This document shows, piece after piece, positions 50,483 through 59,873 of a stretch of 64,000 nt of DNA (position 1 is the first letter of the stretch; the number at the start of each line of letters is the position of its first letter). A program made the position numbers and the translations under genes. The notes beneath the pieces were generated by a model. The model ran no database searches, had not been told where the DNA came from, and saw nothing but the letters and a program-made list of their open reading frames with translations. This stretch comes from an uncultured cyanobacterium (GTDB lineage: Bacteria > Cyanobacteriota > Cyanobacteriia > Pseudanabaenales > Pseudanabaenaceae): positions 1,344,001-1,408,000 of the forward strand of contig OY969811.1 of NCBI GenBank assembly GCA_963703315.1. Reading direction: 5' to 3'.

Positions 50483-51679
50483 TTAGGATCTTCTTGATGC
50501 TACCCATTGGCTAATATCTTGACGATTAATTGCTGCTGCCATCAAGTCAGGAAATAAATCGGGAGTACAGGCAAAAGAAGGCACGCCAAAACTAGCGATC
50601 GCAGTTGTGTTGTTATGGTCATAAGAAGGAGCGCCATCATCATTTAAAGCTAAGAGCGTGATAAATTGCACCCCTGAAGCCACCAATGCCGCAATCCGTT
50701 TTAGCATTTCCTGATTATTGCCGCCTTCATACAAATCACTAATTAAGACCAAAATTGTTTCCTGTGGTTGTCTGATTAAGCCTTGACAATAGGCGATCGC
50801 TTGATTGATATCTGTGCCGCCGCCCAACTGCGTACCAAAGAGAACTTCCACAGGATCTTGTAGCAATTCCGTTAAATCGACAACCGCAGTATCAAATACC
50901 ACCATACTTGTCTTGACCGCAGGCAAAGAGGCTAGTACCGCGCTAAAAATTCCTGCATAAACTACTGATGTCGCCATCGATCCGCTTTGATCAACACAGA
51001 GAATGATATCGCGGAGAGAAGAGCGCTTGCGTCCATAGCCAATTCGCGTTTCAGGAATGATCGTGCGATATTCGGGTTGATAATTTTTGAGATTAGCGCG
51101 AATGGTGCGATGCCAATCGATTTCACTATGGCGAGGTCGGCGATTGCGAGTGGCGCGATTTAAACTGCCTAAGATCGCTTGTCTAGTAGGATTTTCTAGT
51201 TTGCGCTGAAGTTCCTCAACGACGCGCCGCACTACTAGTCTTGCGGTTTCCTTAGTTTTCGCAGGCATCACCCCACTGAGAGATAGCAAGTTTGATACGA
51301 GATGCACATCTGGCTCGATCGCTTCCAGCATTTCTGGTTCTAGTAACATTCGCTGTAAGTTCAATCTCTCCAAAGCATCCTGTTGCATAATCCGTACAAC
51401 CGAAGTAGGGAAGAAAGTACGAATATCTCCCAGCCATCTTGCCACTTTGGGAGATGAACTTCCTAATCCTGCCTTTCGCTCTTGAGAACCATCGGGATTT
51501 CCATCATTGCCATACTCATCATTGCCATACAATGCGGCTAAGGCTCTATCCATTGCTAAATCGCGATCGCCCAAACCACCACCAATGCCATCGGCTGCAC
51601 CACCACCTAAAATCAATCGCCAACGTCGCAGACGTTCATCGGCGGAGGATATTTGTGAGTTGGGATTAGCTGCTTGCAT
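50483..51679 (-). CDS. VWA domain protein (CoxE/YehP-like)
   Basis: RRWRLILG, MIDAS DQSGSM, GGGTDI, ISDLYEGG. Confidence 0.88.
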   Translation of the reverse strand: MQAANPNSQISSADERLRRWRLILGGGAADGIGGGLGDRDLAMDRALAALYGNDEYGNDGNPDGSQERKAGLGSSSPKVARWLGDIRTFFPTSVVRIMQQDALERLNLQRMLLEPEMLEAIEPDVHLVSNLLSLSGVMPAKTKETARLVVRRVVEELQRKLENPTRQAILGSLNRATRNRRPRHSEIDWHRTIRANLKNYQPEYRTIIPETRIGYGRKRSSLRDIILCVDQSGSMATSVVYAGIFSAVLASLPAVKTSMVVFDTAVVDLTELLQDPVEVLFGTQLGGGTDINQAIAYCQGLIRQPQETILVLISDLYEGGNNQEMLKRIAALVASGVQFITLLALNDDGAPSYDHNNTTAIASFGVPSFACTPDLFPDLMAAAINRQDISQWVASRRS

Positions 51680-51711
51680 GATGTAATTAGGCAAAATGTA
51701 ATTAGGCAAAA

Positions 51712-53523
51712 TCAAAACTGAGGTTGACTAGCAGGTGGCGTGATGAAAATAGCGATCGCATTATGCACAGGTGCAATTTCGGTAATAGAACGATTGAGAA
51801 TATTCCCACCCAGAAATAAAGTGGAAGAGCTACCACCATCGAGATTTAGGGCATCTACAGCACCTAGCTTTTTGAGAACTTCCGCAGTTTGCAAAAGATT
51901 GGGAGCAACACCTTCAGGAGCCGCTTGCACAGTGGCTAGCAGCAGTTTACCTTTCTCTCTAGTTGTGGCGATCGCACTACGATTAGCTGCTTGCGTATCG
52001 AAACCTGCTTGGAAGTTTTCGAGTTTGCCATCTAAAGACAAAGTTCCATTCTTCAGTAGGAGAGGTCCTGCACCAATTAAATTAGGAAAACCTGCAAATT
52101 TATCGGGAATGTAAGATTGACGACCGCGCACAGTCATGCCGACAGGTAATTGTTTAGCAGCTTCAGGAGATTGTCTTGCCACTAACACATAGCCATCACT
52201 AGGAATTGCTACCTGTCCTACCCCAACAGCACCACCTTGATACTGAGCAATTACGCGATCGCCACGTACCACAATTAGAAGTTCGTTTTCGGTTAGAGGA
52301 ATGTAGTTACTGCCCCAGTTGGGCGTGTAGCGGGCGATTCCCCTCTGCACATAGGCACTATTGAGATTAGTCAGGACAATTTTGGGTTGATTGGGTGTAC
52401 TGATTTCTTCGGTAAAGTTAAGGCGATCAATTAAGGTTGCACCCTTCTCATTCCATGCGATCGCCCCTCTCACTAAAGCTGTTCCTGCGATCCAACGATT
52501 TCCTTCGCGAATTGCGCCCACAGGTAACTGTCTGGTGCGATTAAAGAATCCACCATTAATCGCACCTACCGCTTGTGCCTTATCGACCATTTGTGGCACA
52601 GGACTTAAGCCCAAAATGCCATTGGTTGAGCCATCAGGATTACTCCAAATAGGACGCAATTTTAAGTTTGGTTGCTTAAGATCAACTTCTAAAGCCGTCA
52701 CTGAAAACTTAATTGTTTTGGGATCTTTATCAGTTTTTGGCTTGTTAGGAATTTCGATAATTTTTTCAATTCTGCGTAATCCTTCTGCCCATTGCACCGT
52801 TAGACTCGGTGGTACATAGTCACGCCGCAGATCAATGACCATGCGCGGCGTGGGACTACTCAGCATCTCGATCGCAGGATTAATCGATGCATTCGTTTGA
52901 ATCTGGATTTGGGTTAACTTACCCTGTGGTTGCACCGTTACTGACTTGACTAGATTTCCAGCAGTCTCATTTTTGTTAGTAGGTACATCGGTCGTAACTT
53001 CCGCCGATACTGTGACTGTAATCGTATTGTCCTGATGACTAACCCGCCAAGGTGTACGCCGATTGAGGTCGATCACAAGGCGATCGCCCCAAGCCTGTTT
53101 ACTACGCCGCACCGCCTGTATTTTCGTGTCAGGGGTATAGATATTTAGAGAATTACCAACTATTTCCGTCCGCCATTGCTCAGCAAAGGGCGCGAGATCG
53201 AGATAGCGAAACCTGCCTGTACTATCAAAGGCAACTCGCGAAAAGATAGGGCTAGAGAACCAGCGTACTCGTTGGCGATCGGATTTTTCTGAATCCAGCA
53301 TCTGCACACCTAAACCGCCCGTCAGCCAGTCTTCCTGCACATAAAAACTTTGCTGCCCTTGTTCTACTTTCCTGATCCAACGTCCTGACCAGGGTTGTCC
53401 ATTTAGTTGAATGACATTGCCGCTATCAGGTATGGGAGCAGAAGGAGCGCTATCAGCAATGAGAAACTGGCAGCTAACAGCAGCAAGCAAGGGAATTAGC
53501 GTTTTACGGGAGGTCATTTTCAT
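51712..53523 (-). CDS. Exported phosphodiester glycosidase (NAGPA) family protein
   Basis: Signal peptide, AMIN-like region, INGGFF, GAGP, RSAI, ALNLDGGSS. Confidence 0.85.
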   Translation of the reverse strand: MKMTSRKTLIPLLAAVSCQFLIADSAPSAPIPDSGNVIQLNGQPWSGRWIRKVEQGQQSFYVQEDWLTGGLGVQMLDSEKSDRQRVRWFSSPIFSRVAFDSTGRFRYLDLAPFAEQWRTEIVGNSLNIYTPDTKIQAVRRSKQAWGDRLVIDLNRRTPWRVSHQDNTITVTVSAEVTTDVPTNKNETAGNLVKSVTVQPQGKLTQIQIQTNASINPAIEMLSSPTPRMVIDLRRDYVPPSLTVQWAEGLRRIEKIIEIPNKPKTDKDPKTIKFSVTALEVDLKQPNLKLRPIWSNPDGSTNGILGLSPVPQMVDKAQAVGAINGGFFNRTRQLPVGAIREGNRWIAGTALVRGAIAWNEKGATLIDRLNFTEEISTPNQPKIVLTNLNSAYVQRGIARYTPNWGSNYIPLTENELLIVVRGDRVIAQYQGGAVGVGQVAIPSDGYVLVARQSPEAAKQLPVGMTVRGRQSYIPDKFAGFPNLIGAGPLLLKNGTLSLDGKLENFQAGFDTQAANRSAIATTREKGKLLLATVQAAPEGVAPNLLQTAEVLKKLGAVDALNLDGGSSSTLFLGGNILNRSITEIAPVHNAIAIFITPPASQPQF

Positions 53524-53530
53524 GGTGGCA

Positions 53531-54583
53531 TTAAGGCGCAGGATTGAAATAGCGGGCATGAATTTGGTCAATTTCTGCCAAAATCTCAGCACTTAACTGA
53601 ATATTAGCACTGTCGATATTTTCCTTGAGTTGTTCCATCGTAGTTGCGCCAATAATGGTACTAGCCACAAACCAACGACTTCGCACAAATGCTAGCGCCA
53701 ATTGGGTCGGAGATAAATTATATTTTTGGGCGATCGCCACATATTCAGCCGTTGCCGCCTGTACATTCACTTTTTTATAGCGTTGCCCAAAGCTGGGAAA
53801 TAGCGTAATTCTGGTATTTGATGGTGAACCTTGGACATATTTTCCCGACAGATGCCCAAAGGCAAGGGGACTGTAGGCTAGTAGCCCCACCTGTTCACGA
53901 TAGCAAGCTTCTGCTAAGCCACTATCAAAGGTACGATTGAGTAAGTTATAGGCATTTTGAATCGAGACAATCTTCGGTAAACCTAGCTGTTTGGCTGTAT
54001 GACTAAATTCACAAATGCCCCAAGGCGTTTCATTACTGACTCCCAAATAGCGAATTTTGCCTACTTGAATTAATTCCGCAAAGGTGGCTAACTGTTCTGC
54101 AATATCAACCATTTCGCGTTCATTTTGAGGCTCGAAGGCAACTTGTCCAAACATCGGCACATTGCGATCGGGCCAGTGGATTTGATAGAGATCGATATAG
54201 TCAGTTTGTAGGCGTTTCAGGCTGTCATCCACCGCTTGCAAAATATTCTGACGACTGAGGGCAGCGATCGCATCATCTCTTAACCATTTGTAATTGCGTC
54301 CCGTACCTATGATTTTTGTAGCAATAATTAATTGATCGCGTTTTTGCCTAATCTGCGGTTGTGCTAACCATTCGCCAATATATTGCTCAGTTCGACCCTG
54401 TGTCTCAGAATTGGGAGGTACTGGATACATTTCCGCCGTATCAATGAAATTAATGCCCTGCGCGATCGCATAGTCCAGTTGCTCATGGGCTTCAGCGATC
54501 GTGTTCTGTTGCCCATAGGTCATCGTGCCTAAACAAAGTTCGGATACTAATAGATCGCTTGTACCCAGTCTCTGATATTCCAT
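53531..54583 (-). CDS. NADP(H)-dependent aldo-keto reductase (Tas-like)
   Basis: LGTMT, DTAEMY, ATK, LYQIHWP, GVSNE, YSPLAFG, IIGAT. Confidence 0.92.
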   Translation of the reverse strand: MEYQRLGTSDLLVSELCLGTMTYGQQNTIAEAHEQLDYAIAQGINFIDTAEMYPVPPNSETQGRTEQYIGEWLAQPQIRQKRDQLIIATKIIGTGRNYKWLRDDAIAALSRQNILQAVDDSLKRLQTDYIDLYQIHWPDRNVPMFGQVAFEPQNEREMVDIAEQLATFAELIQVGKIRYLGVSNETPWGICEFSHTAKQLGLPKIVSIQNAYNLLNRTFDSGLAEACYREQVGLLAYSPLAFGHLSGKYVQGSPSNTRITLFPSFGQRYKKVNVQAATAEYVAIAQKYNLSPTQLALAFVRSRWFVASTIIGATTMEQLKENIDSANIQLSAEILAEIDQIHARYFNPAP

Positions 54584-54668
54584 GTTTGATGCATATAAAC
54601 CGCAAACATAACAATACCATCGCATAAAGAAGAAAGGCTCGCTAAGCGAGCCTTTCTTCTTTGTTAAA

Positions 54669-55907
54669 TTAAGCGTCCTTTTTCAGAATTTCCACTTTAT
54701 CTAGACGTTCCCAAGGAAGATCGAGATCGTTGCGACCTAAATGACCATAGGCTGCAACATCTTGATAAAAACGACCACCTCTAGAGCTTGGTAAATTTTG
54801 CAAATCAAAATTCTTGATAATTGCCGCAGGGCGTAAATCAAAATTGTCCTTGACTAAGCGTAATAAAGTTTCTTCATCAACCTTGCCAGTGCCGAATGTC
54901 TCGATGTGCATACTGGTAGGACGCGCCACACCGATCGCATAGCTGATTTGTAACTCGCACTTACTGGCAAGCCCAGCAGCCACAATATTTTTAGCAGCAT
55001 GACGAGCTGCATAAGCGGCACTGCGATCAACTTTTGTGGGATCTTTACCTGAGAAAGCACCGCCACCATGACGTGCATAGCCGCCGTAGGTATCAACGAT
55101 AATTTTGCGTCCTGTTAGACCAGAGTCGCCTTGTGGTCCACCAATTACAAATTTACCTGTGGGGTTAACTAGGTAGCGAGTTTGATCATTGGGCTTGATC
55201 GATGTATCAGCAAAACTAGGCAAAACTACATGTGTCCAGAGATCAGCTTTGATCCGTTCTTGGACTTTGGCTTCATCGCTAATGCCATCGATCGCCGCAT
55301 CATGCTGCGTAGAAATTAGGATCGTATCGATCGCCACAGGCTTGTCACCTTCATAAACCACGGTGACTTGAGTTTTACCATCGGGACGCAAATAAGCTAA
55401 AGTGCCATTTTTACGAACGACTGATAACTGACGTGCTAAGCGATGGGCGATCGCGATCGGCATGGGCATAAACTCAGGGGTTTCGTCACAAGCAAACCCA
55501 AACATAATCCCTTGGTCACCAGCGCCAACTGCTTCGAGGGCTGCATCTTCTTCTGCACCAGTGCGGGCTTCAAGTGCTACATTCACGCCTTGAGCAATGT
55601 CTGGGGACTGCTCATCAAGGGCGACCATCACTGCACAGCTATTTGCTGAAAAGCCATTATCCGCATCGGTATAACCAATTTCCGCAATTTTTTTACGAGC
55701 AATATCGACGTAGTTGACATGCGCTTTAGTTGTGATTTCCCCTGTGATCAAGACTAGACCCGTGTTAACTACAACCTCGGCTGCGACACGCGATCGCGGA
55801 TCTTGAGCCAACAAGGTATCGAGAATCGTATCGGAAATTTGATCACAAATTTTATCAGGGTGACCTTCCGTAACCGATTCAGATGTAAATAAGAAGCGAC
55901 TAGCCAA
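54669..55907 (-). CDS. metK: S-adenosylmethionine synthetase
   Basis: [31 protein letters not shown] start with RBS AGGAGG. Confidence 0.97.
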   Translation of the reverse strand: MASRFLFTSESVTEGHPDKICDQISDTILDTLLAQDPRSRVAAEVVVNTGLVLITGEITTKAHVNYVDIARKKIAEIGYTDADNGFSANSCAVMVALDEQSPDIAQGVNVALEARTGAEEDAALEAVGAGDQGIMFGFACDETPEFMPMPIAIAHRLARQLSVVRKNGTLAYLRPDGKTQVTVVYEGDKPVAIDTILISTQHDAAIDGISDEAKVQERIKADLWTHVVLPSFADTSIKPNDQTRYLVNPTGKFVIGGPQGDSGLTGRKIIVDTYGGYARHGGGAFSGKDPTKVDRSAAYAARHAAKNIVAAGLASKCELQISYAIGVARPTSMHIETFGTGKVDEETLLRLVKDNFDLRPAAIIKNFDLQNLPSSRGGRFYQDVAAYGHLGRNDLDLPWERLDKVEILKKDA

Positions 55908-56289
55908 CTATGTTTCCTCCTAAACGCAAGAAGTGTAAGGCAAATTTTTGGTATCTCTTAAGATTTACCCATCATAGTACAAGGCGTTATTGGGTCGTTA
56001 CTTGTTTTCGCTAGTTTAATTGCCGCTAAGTGACCGCAAATTTAGATGATTTAGGGTGGCGGCGTAAGCGCCGCCACCCTAAATTGGGATTTTTTCCCTA
56101 TCGAAGCTAATCCTCTGTACCTCGGCTTGAAAAGCGCTATAAATCGGATTTGGTATTAGACATTAGCTATGCAAACAAATTCTCAAAAAATATTTAAAAA
56201 ATTCTATAAAAATGTGGCTGTGTATGGGTATAGTCTGATCAATCTAATTACTACTATTGATTGCCAAAATCACCAAGTTTTCTAAACCT

Positions 56290-56790
56290 ATGGAGGCAAA
56301 TAACTTGAAATTTCAAACTACTGCTCAAGAAGCCTGTTATGAAAAAGTAGTAACGTGGATGCAAGAGATATTTGGCAAATATCCCTGCGCTCGCCAAGAT
56401 GTGCCAGGATTAGGCGTATTTGTCGGCTCAGCCTTAGTAGAAGTACTGATTTTCCCTTGGGATCAAAATGATGCAATTATCAACACGCGATCGTATGTTG
56501 TGGTTGGTGCAGAGTTAAAACCTGACCTGATGCGCTACTTACTTGAAGAAAATGCCAAGATGGTCTTTGGAGCCTTTGGGATATCTCCAGATAGTGAAAT
56601 TCTGTTTGAGCATTCAATAGTTGGTTCGACTTGTGATATCAAAGAGTTGGAAGCATCAGTCAAGGCAGTAATGGAAATTGCTGATGAATATGACGACAAG
56701 ATTGTCGATCGCTGGGGTGGTAAACGAGCATTAGATAGAATTCATGCAGGTACATTGTCAAACAACGGTTGGTCATTACCAAAGTTATAA
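56290..56790 (+). CDS. YbjN / T3SS-chaperone-like domain protein
   Basis: F.T.AQE.CY, GSA.VEV, L..LL.EN....FGAF, ADEYDD.IV.RWGG.RA. Confidence 0.75.
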   Translation: MEANNLKFQTTAQEACYEKVVTWMQEIFGKYPCARQDVPGLGVFVGSALVEVLIFPWDQNDAIINTRSYVVVGAELKPDLMRYLLEENAKMVFGAFGISPDSEILFEHSIVGSTCDIKELEASVKAVMEIADEYDDKIVDRWGGKRALDRIHAGTLSNNGWSLPKL

Positions 56791-56892
56791 AAAGTCATAA
56801 ACAGCGAAAGGGGTTACCTAAGTAACCCCTTTCGCTGTTTATGAGAGCGCAAAGCGCTATATTCTAGATCACTCCCAAATTAGCAAAGTTCT

Positions 56893-58059
56893 ATGTCCCA
56901 AATGATCGCCGATATTAATGCCAAAATCAAAGCTGGCAAAGCTAAAGTCCTCACGGCTACCGAACTCAAAGCCCTTGTCGCAGATATTGGTGTAACTCAA
57001 GCGGCTAAGCAGGTAGATGTGATCGTTACAGGTACATTCGAGCCGATGGAATCATCGGGGGCAATTCTGAATTTAGGACATACCGATCCGCCGATTAAGA
57101 TTCGGACTTGTTGGATAGATGGTGTTCCCGCCTATGCAGGATTTGGAGCCGTTGATATTTATTTAGGCGCAACTCAAGAAGCTGATCCTACTGATGAAGC
57201 CCCATCATATCGTGGTGGTGGTCATGCGATCGCCGATTTGATCGCGGGCAAAACAGTAAGCTTTAAAGCGATCGGACATCCCAATGATTGTTATCCTCGT
57301 GCTAATTTTGAAACCACAATTACTAAAGAATCGATTAATCAGTTCTATCTCTTTAATCCTCGTAATCTCTATCAAAATTTTATTGTCGGCGTTAATGGAG
57401 GCGAAGAAACTCTCTACACTTATTTAGGACCTCTTCAGCCACGATTAGGGAATGCTGTGTATTCTAACCCTGGGGCAATTTCACCACTATGGAATGATCC
57501 CGATTTGCAACTGATTGGCATCGGTACAAGAATTTTTATGGGTGGCGGCATTGGGTATGTCGCTTGGGAAGGAACCCAGCATTTCCCATTGCAAAAGCGT
57601 TTAGAGAATCGTACTCCCATTGGACCTGCGGCAACATTGGCTTTGATTGGTGATGCGAAGCAAATGACTCCTGAATGGGTGCGTGGCTGCTATTTCCGCA
57701 ACTATGGTGCATCTTTGATGATGGGTGTGGCGGTTCCATTACCAGTAATTAATGAAGAGGTGGTAGCAAGAGCCGCCGTAATGGATGAAGACCTAGTTGC
57801 GCCCGTTATTGATTTCTCAATTCCGCGCAGAGTGCGTCCGATTTTTGGTTCGGTGTCTTATGCTCAACTGAAGTCTGGCAAAATTGCGATCGCAGGTTCA
57901 ACGGTGCGGACTGCGCCTTTAGCGAGTTTACATTTGTCTGAAGAAGCAGCTAAAACTCTGAAGGATTGGATTGAGAAGGGTGAGTTTACGCTTACGGAAC
58001 CTGTGGCAATGTTGCCAAGCGATCGCACATTTTTACCTCAAGATGTACGTGGATTTTAA
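56893..58059 (+). CDS. DUF39/COG1900 homocysteine-biosynthesis-family protein
   Basis: IN.KI..G.A.V.TA.E, VDV..TGTF, GHTDPPIK, GGGH, DCYPR, NPRN.YQN, IGIGTRIF.GG. Confidence 0.85.
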   Translation: MSQMIADINAKIKAGKAKVLTATELKALVADIGVTQAAKQVDVIVTGTFEPMESSGAILNLGHTDPPIKIRTCWIDGVPAYAGFGAVDIYLGATQEADPTDEAPSYRGGGHAIADLIAGKTVSFKAIGHPNDCYPRANFETTITKESINQFYLFNPRNLYQNFIVGVNGGEETLYTYLGPLQPRLGNAVYSNPGAISPLWNDPDLQLIGIGTRIFMGGGIGYVAWEGTQHFPLQKRLENRTPIGPAATLALIGDAKQMTPEWVRGCYFRNYGASLMMGVAVPLPVINEEVVARAAVMDEDLVAPVIDFSIPRRVRPIFGSVSYAQLKSGKIAIAGSTVRTAPLASLHLSEEAAKTLKDWIEKGEFTLTEPVAMLPSDRTFLPQDVRGF

Positions 58060-58179
58060 ATTTAACCCAAAAGAGAGTGGCGGCGCTTCGCGCCGCCACT
58101 CTCTTTTGGGTTAGCTAGTGCTATACAAAACCACACGAGAAGTTGATAATTATACAAATAGTGATTGACGAGTAATGAC

Positions 58180-58926
58180 ATGGGAACAATGAAGGCTAAG
58201 GTTGCCACAAAATTAAAAATTCGTCCAGTTGATTCATCACAACTTACAAAACCTAATGAAACCATTGATGTTCCAGTAGGTAAAACCTATGGATTCGATC
58301 GCTTTGAACCAGCCGAAAATGGACATATAAAAGTAACATTGGCAGCTAATAGTGGTACATATTTTGCTTTTCCTCCCCATTGGGATGGACTAGTCCCTGC
58401 GATCGCCCAAATTGTCAGCAAGCAACAAGCTGAAGCTCTCTTTGGCAACCCCATTAGTGATGTGCAGCTTCAAGATTTAAATGCCTGCCTGACGCGCTAC
58501 AAGATTACTACTGCCCCCAGATTGCGCCATTTCCTTAGTCAAATTGCCCATGAGTCAGGTGGCTTACTCTATACCCAAGAACTTGCTGATGGCTCAGACT
58601 ATGAAGGTCGAGACGATCTTGGTAATGTGAAGGCAGGTGATGGACCAAAGTATAAAGGGGCAGGAGTGATTCAGCTTACGGGACGCGCAAATTATCAGGC
58701 TTTTAGCAATGCGATCGCTGATCCAAAAGTAATGGATGGAGTTGCCTATGTTGCCAGTAAATACCCCTTTACCAGTGCAGGTTTTTGGTGGGACAACAAT
58801 GATATGAATGCACTATGTGATGGTGGTGCAACTGTTAAACAAGTAACTTTAAGAGTGAATGGCGGCTATAACGGTCTAGAAGATCGTCAACATTACTATC
58901 AAAAAGCTTGTGGCATTTTTGCCTAA
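58180..58926 (+). CDS. Glycoside hydrolase family 19 (lysozyme/chitinase-like) with a cyanobacterial N-terminal beta domain
   Basis: [19 protein letters not shown]...GDG..YKG.G.IQLTGR.NY, VNGG.NGL.DR. Confidence 0.88.
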   Translation: MGTMKAKVATKLKIRPVDSSQLTKPNETIDVPVGKTYGFDRFEPAENGHIKVTLAANSGTYFAFPPHWDGLVPAIAQIVSKQQAEALFGNPISDVQLQDLNACLTRYKITTAPRLRHFLSQIAHESGGLLYTQELADGSDYEGRDDLGNVKAGDGPKYKGAGVIQLTGRANYQAFSNAIADPKVMDGVAYVASKYPFTSAGFWWDNNDMNALCDGGATVKQVTLRVNGGYNGLEDRQHYYQKACGIFA

Positions 58927-59155
58927 ACTTCAGATCCTCACATAATAAGAAACCAGATTTTTTGTGGCGCGACGAAGCCGCACCACAAAAAATCTGGTTT
59001 CTTATTAACAATGTAAGTTTTGCTTAGCCCCAAAGATTAATAGCGCCGCTATCAATCTTTGGGGTTTTAATTTGTCCTAACAAGACTGGCGATCGCTTAG
59101 ATACAAAAGAGGGCATTGCCCTCTTTTGAGTTGGGATAATGTATACTTTTACTAA

Positions 59156-59341
59156 GCTCCTCTGTGGCGTGCGTGACTACCGATAATGTTCTTGATCGAT
59201 AATTGTTTTTTAGGAGTCTTCGCAGTCTTCGCCGCAGTATACCAGACTTGCATCTGGGAACTTTAAGTTAGGCGCAGCGCTTCGGCTCCACCTGGTTTTA
59301 CCGGGTCAAACAACTGAGGTAAGACGGCGTTGCGGAGGGGT
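59156..59341 (+). ncRNA. ssrS: 6S RNA (cyanobacterial SsrS/6Sa)
   Basis: About 186 nt; 5' CTCCTCTGTGGCGT pairs with 3' GCGTTGCGGAGGGG; conserved cyanobacterial core CTTGCATCTGGGAACTTTAAG..GGCTCCACCTGGTTTTACCGGGTCA; TATACT -10 at 59142-59147; hairpin follows at 59346-59404. Confidence 0.85.
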
Positions 59342-59411
59342 GAAACTCAAAAAATTTTAAAAGTGGCTCTGTGCATCACAGAGCCACTTTTAAAATTTTT
59401 TGAGAAAATGC

Positions 59412-59439
59412 TTGCAATTAAATCAAACCATGTTATATT
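59412..59439 (+). promoter_or_regulatory. Sigma70-type promoter of tRNA-fMet
   Basis: TTGCAA-N16-TATATT with extended TG. Confidence 0.55.
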
Positions 59440-59454
59440 AGCTAAGCGAAGCAA

Positions 59455-59528
<74 letters not shown>

Positions 59529-59534
59529 TTTAAT

Positions 59535-59572
59535 AAAAAGAAACCGTCCTAATACAGGACGGTTTCTTTTTA
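59535..59572. terminator. Bidirectional intrinsic terminator
   Basis: AAAAAGAAACCGTCCT-AATAC-AGGACGGTTTCTTTTT between convergent genes. Confidence 0.75.
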
Positions 59573-59578
59573 TGGTTT

Positions 59579-59842
59579 TTATGAGTTAGTAATACTTCTA
59601 AACAAGTAGCCGACTACGACACCAATTATGAGTGCCCAAATTTGACCAGAGCTTACAAATTTATTCCAACCTCTACTCATGTCTCCGACAACATCTTGCT
59701 TAAATTGTTGAGCAAGTAAATCCATATTTATGTGTGAATGGCTATCAGCAATATTGAAGTGAAAACTATTAGCAAGATCGATCGCTGAAAGGTGAAACGA
59801 TGAATCAACGCTAGTTACTAAATGTTGGGCTAAGTCAAGCAT
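59579..59842 (-). CDS. Small conserved cyanobacterial membrane protein
   Basis: LLAQ..D....W..FV.SGQIWAL.IG...GY motif. Confidence 0.7.
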   Translation of the reverse strand: MLDLAQHLVTSVDSSFHLSAIDLANSFHFNIADSHSHINMDLLAQQFKQDVVGDMSRGWNKFVSSGQIWALIIGVVVGYLFRSITNS

Positions 59843-59873
59843 AATATTTCAGAATAAGATTACAAGATGAATT

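Noticed and set aside
55920..56090. SAM riboswitch upstream of metK
   Set aside because: I could not recognise SAM-I or SAM-II core motifs; the only clear structure is a generic GC-core hairpin at 56049-56084.
58165..58926. Prophage
   Set aside because: Only a lone GH19 gene; no structural, integrase or holin genes.
59156..59341. SRP RNA (given nearby ftsY)
   Set aside because: Length, terminal pairing and the conserved core fit cyanobacterial 6S RNA, and the SRP helix-8 motif (CAGG..GGAA..AGCAG) is absent.
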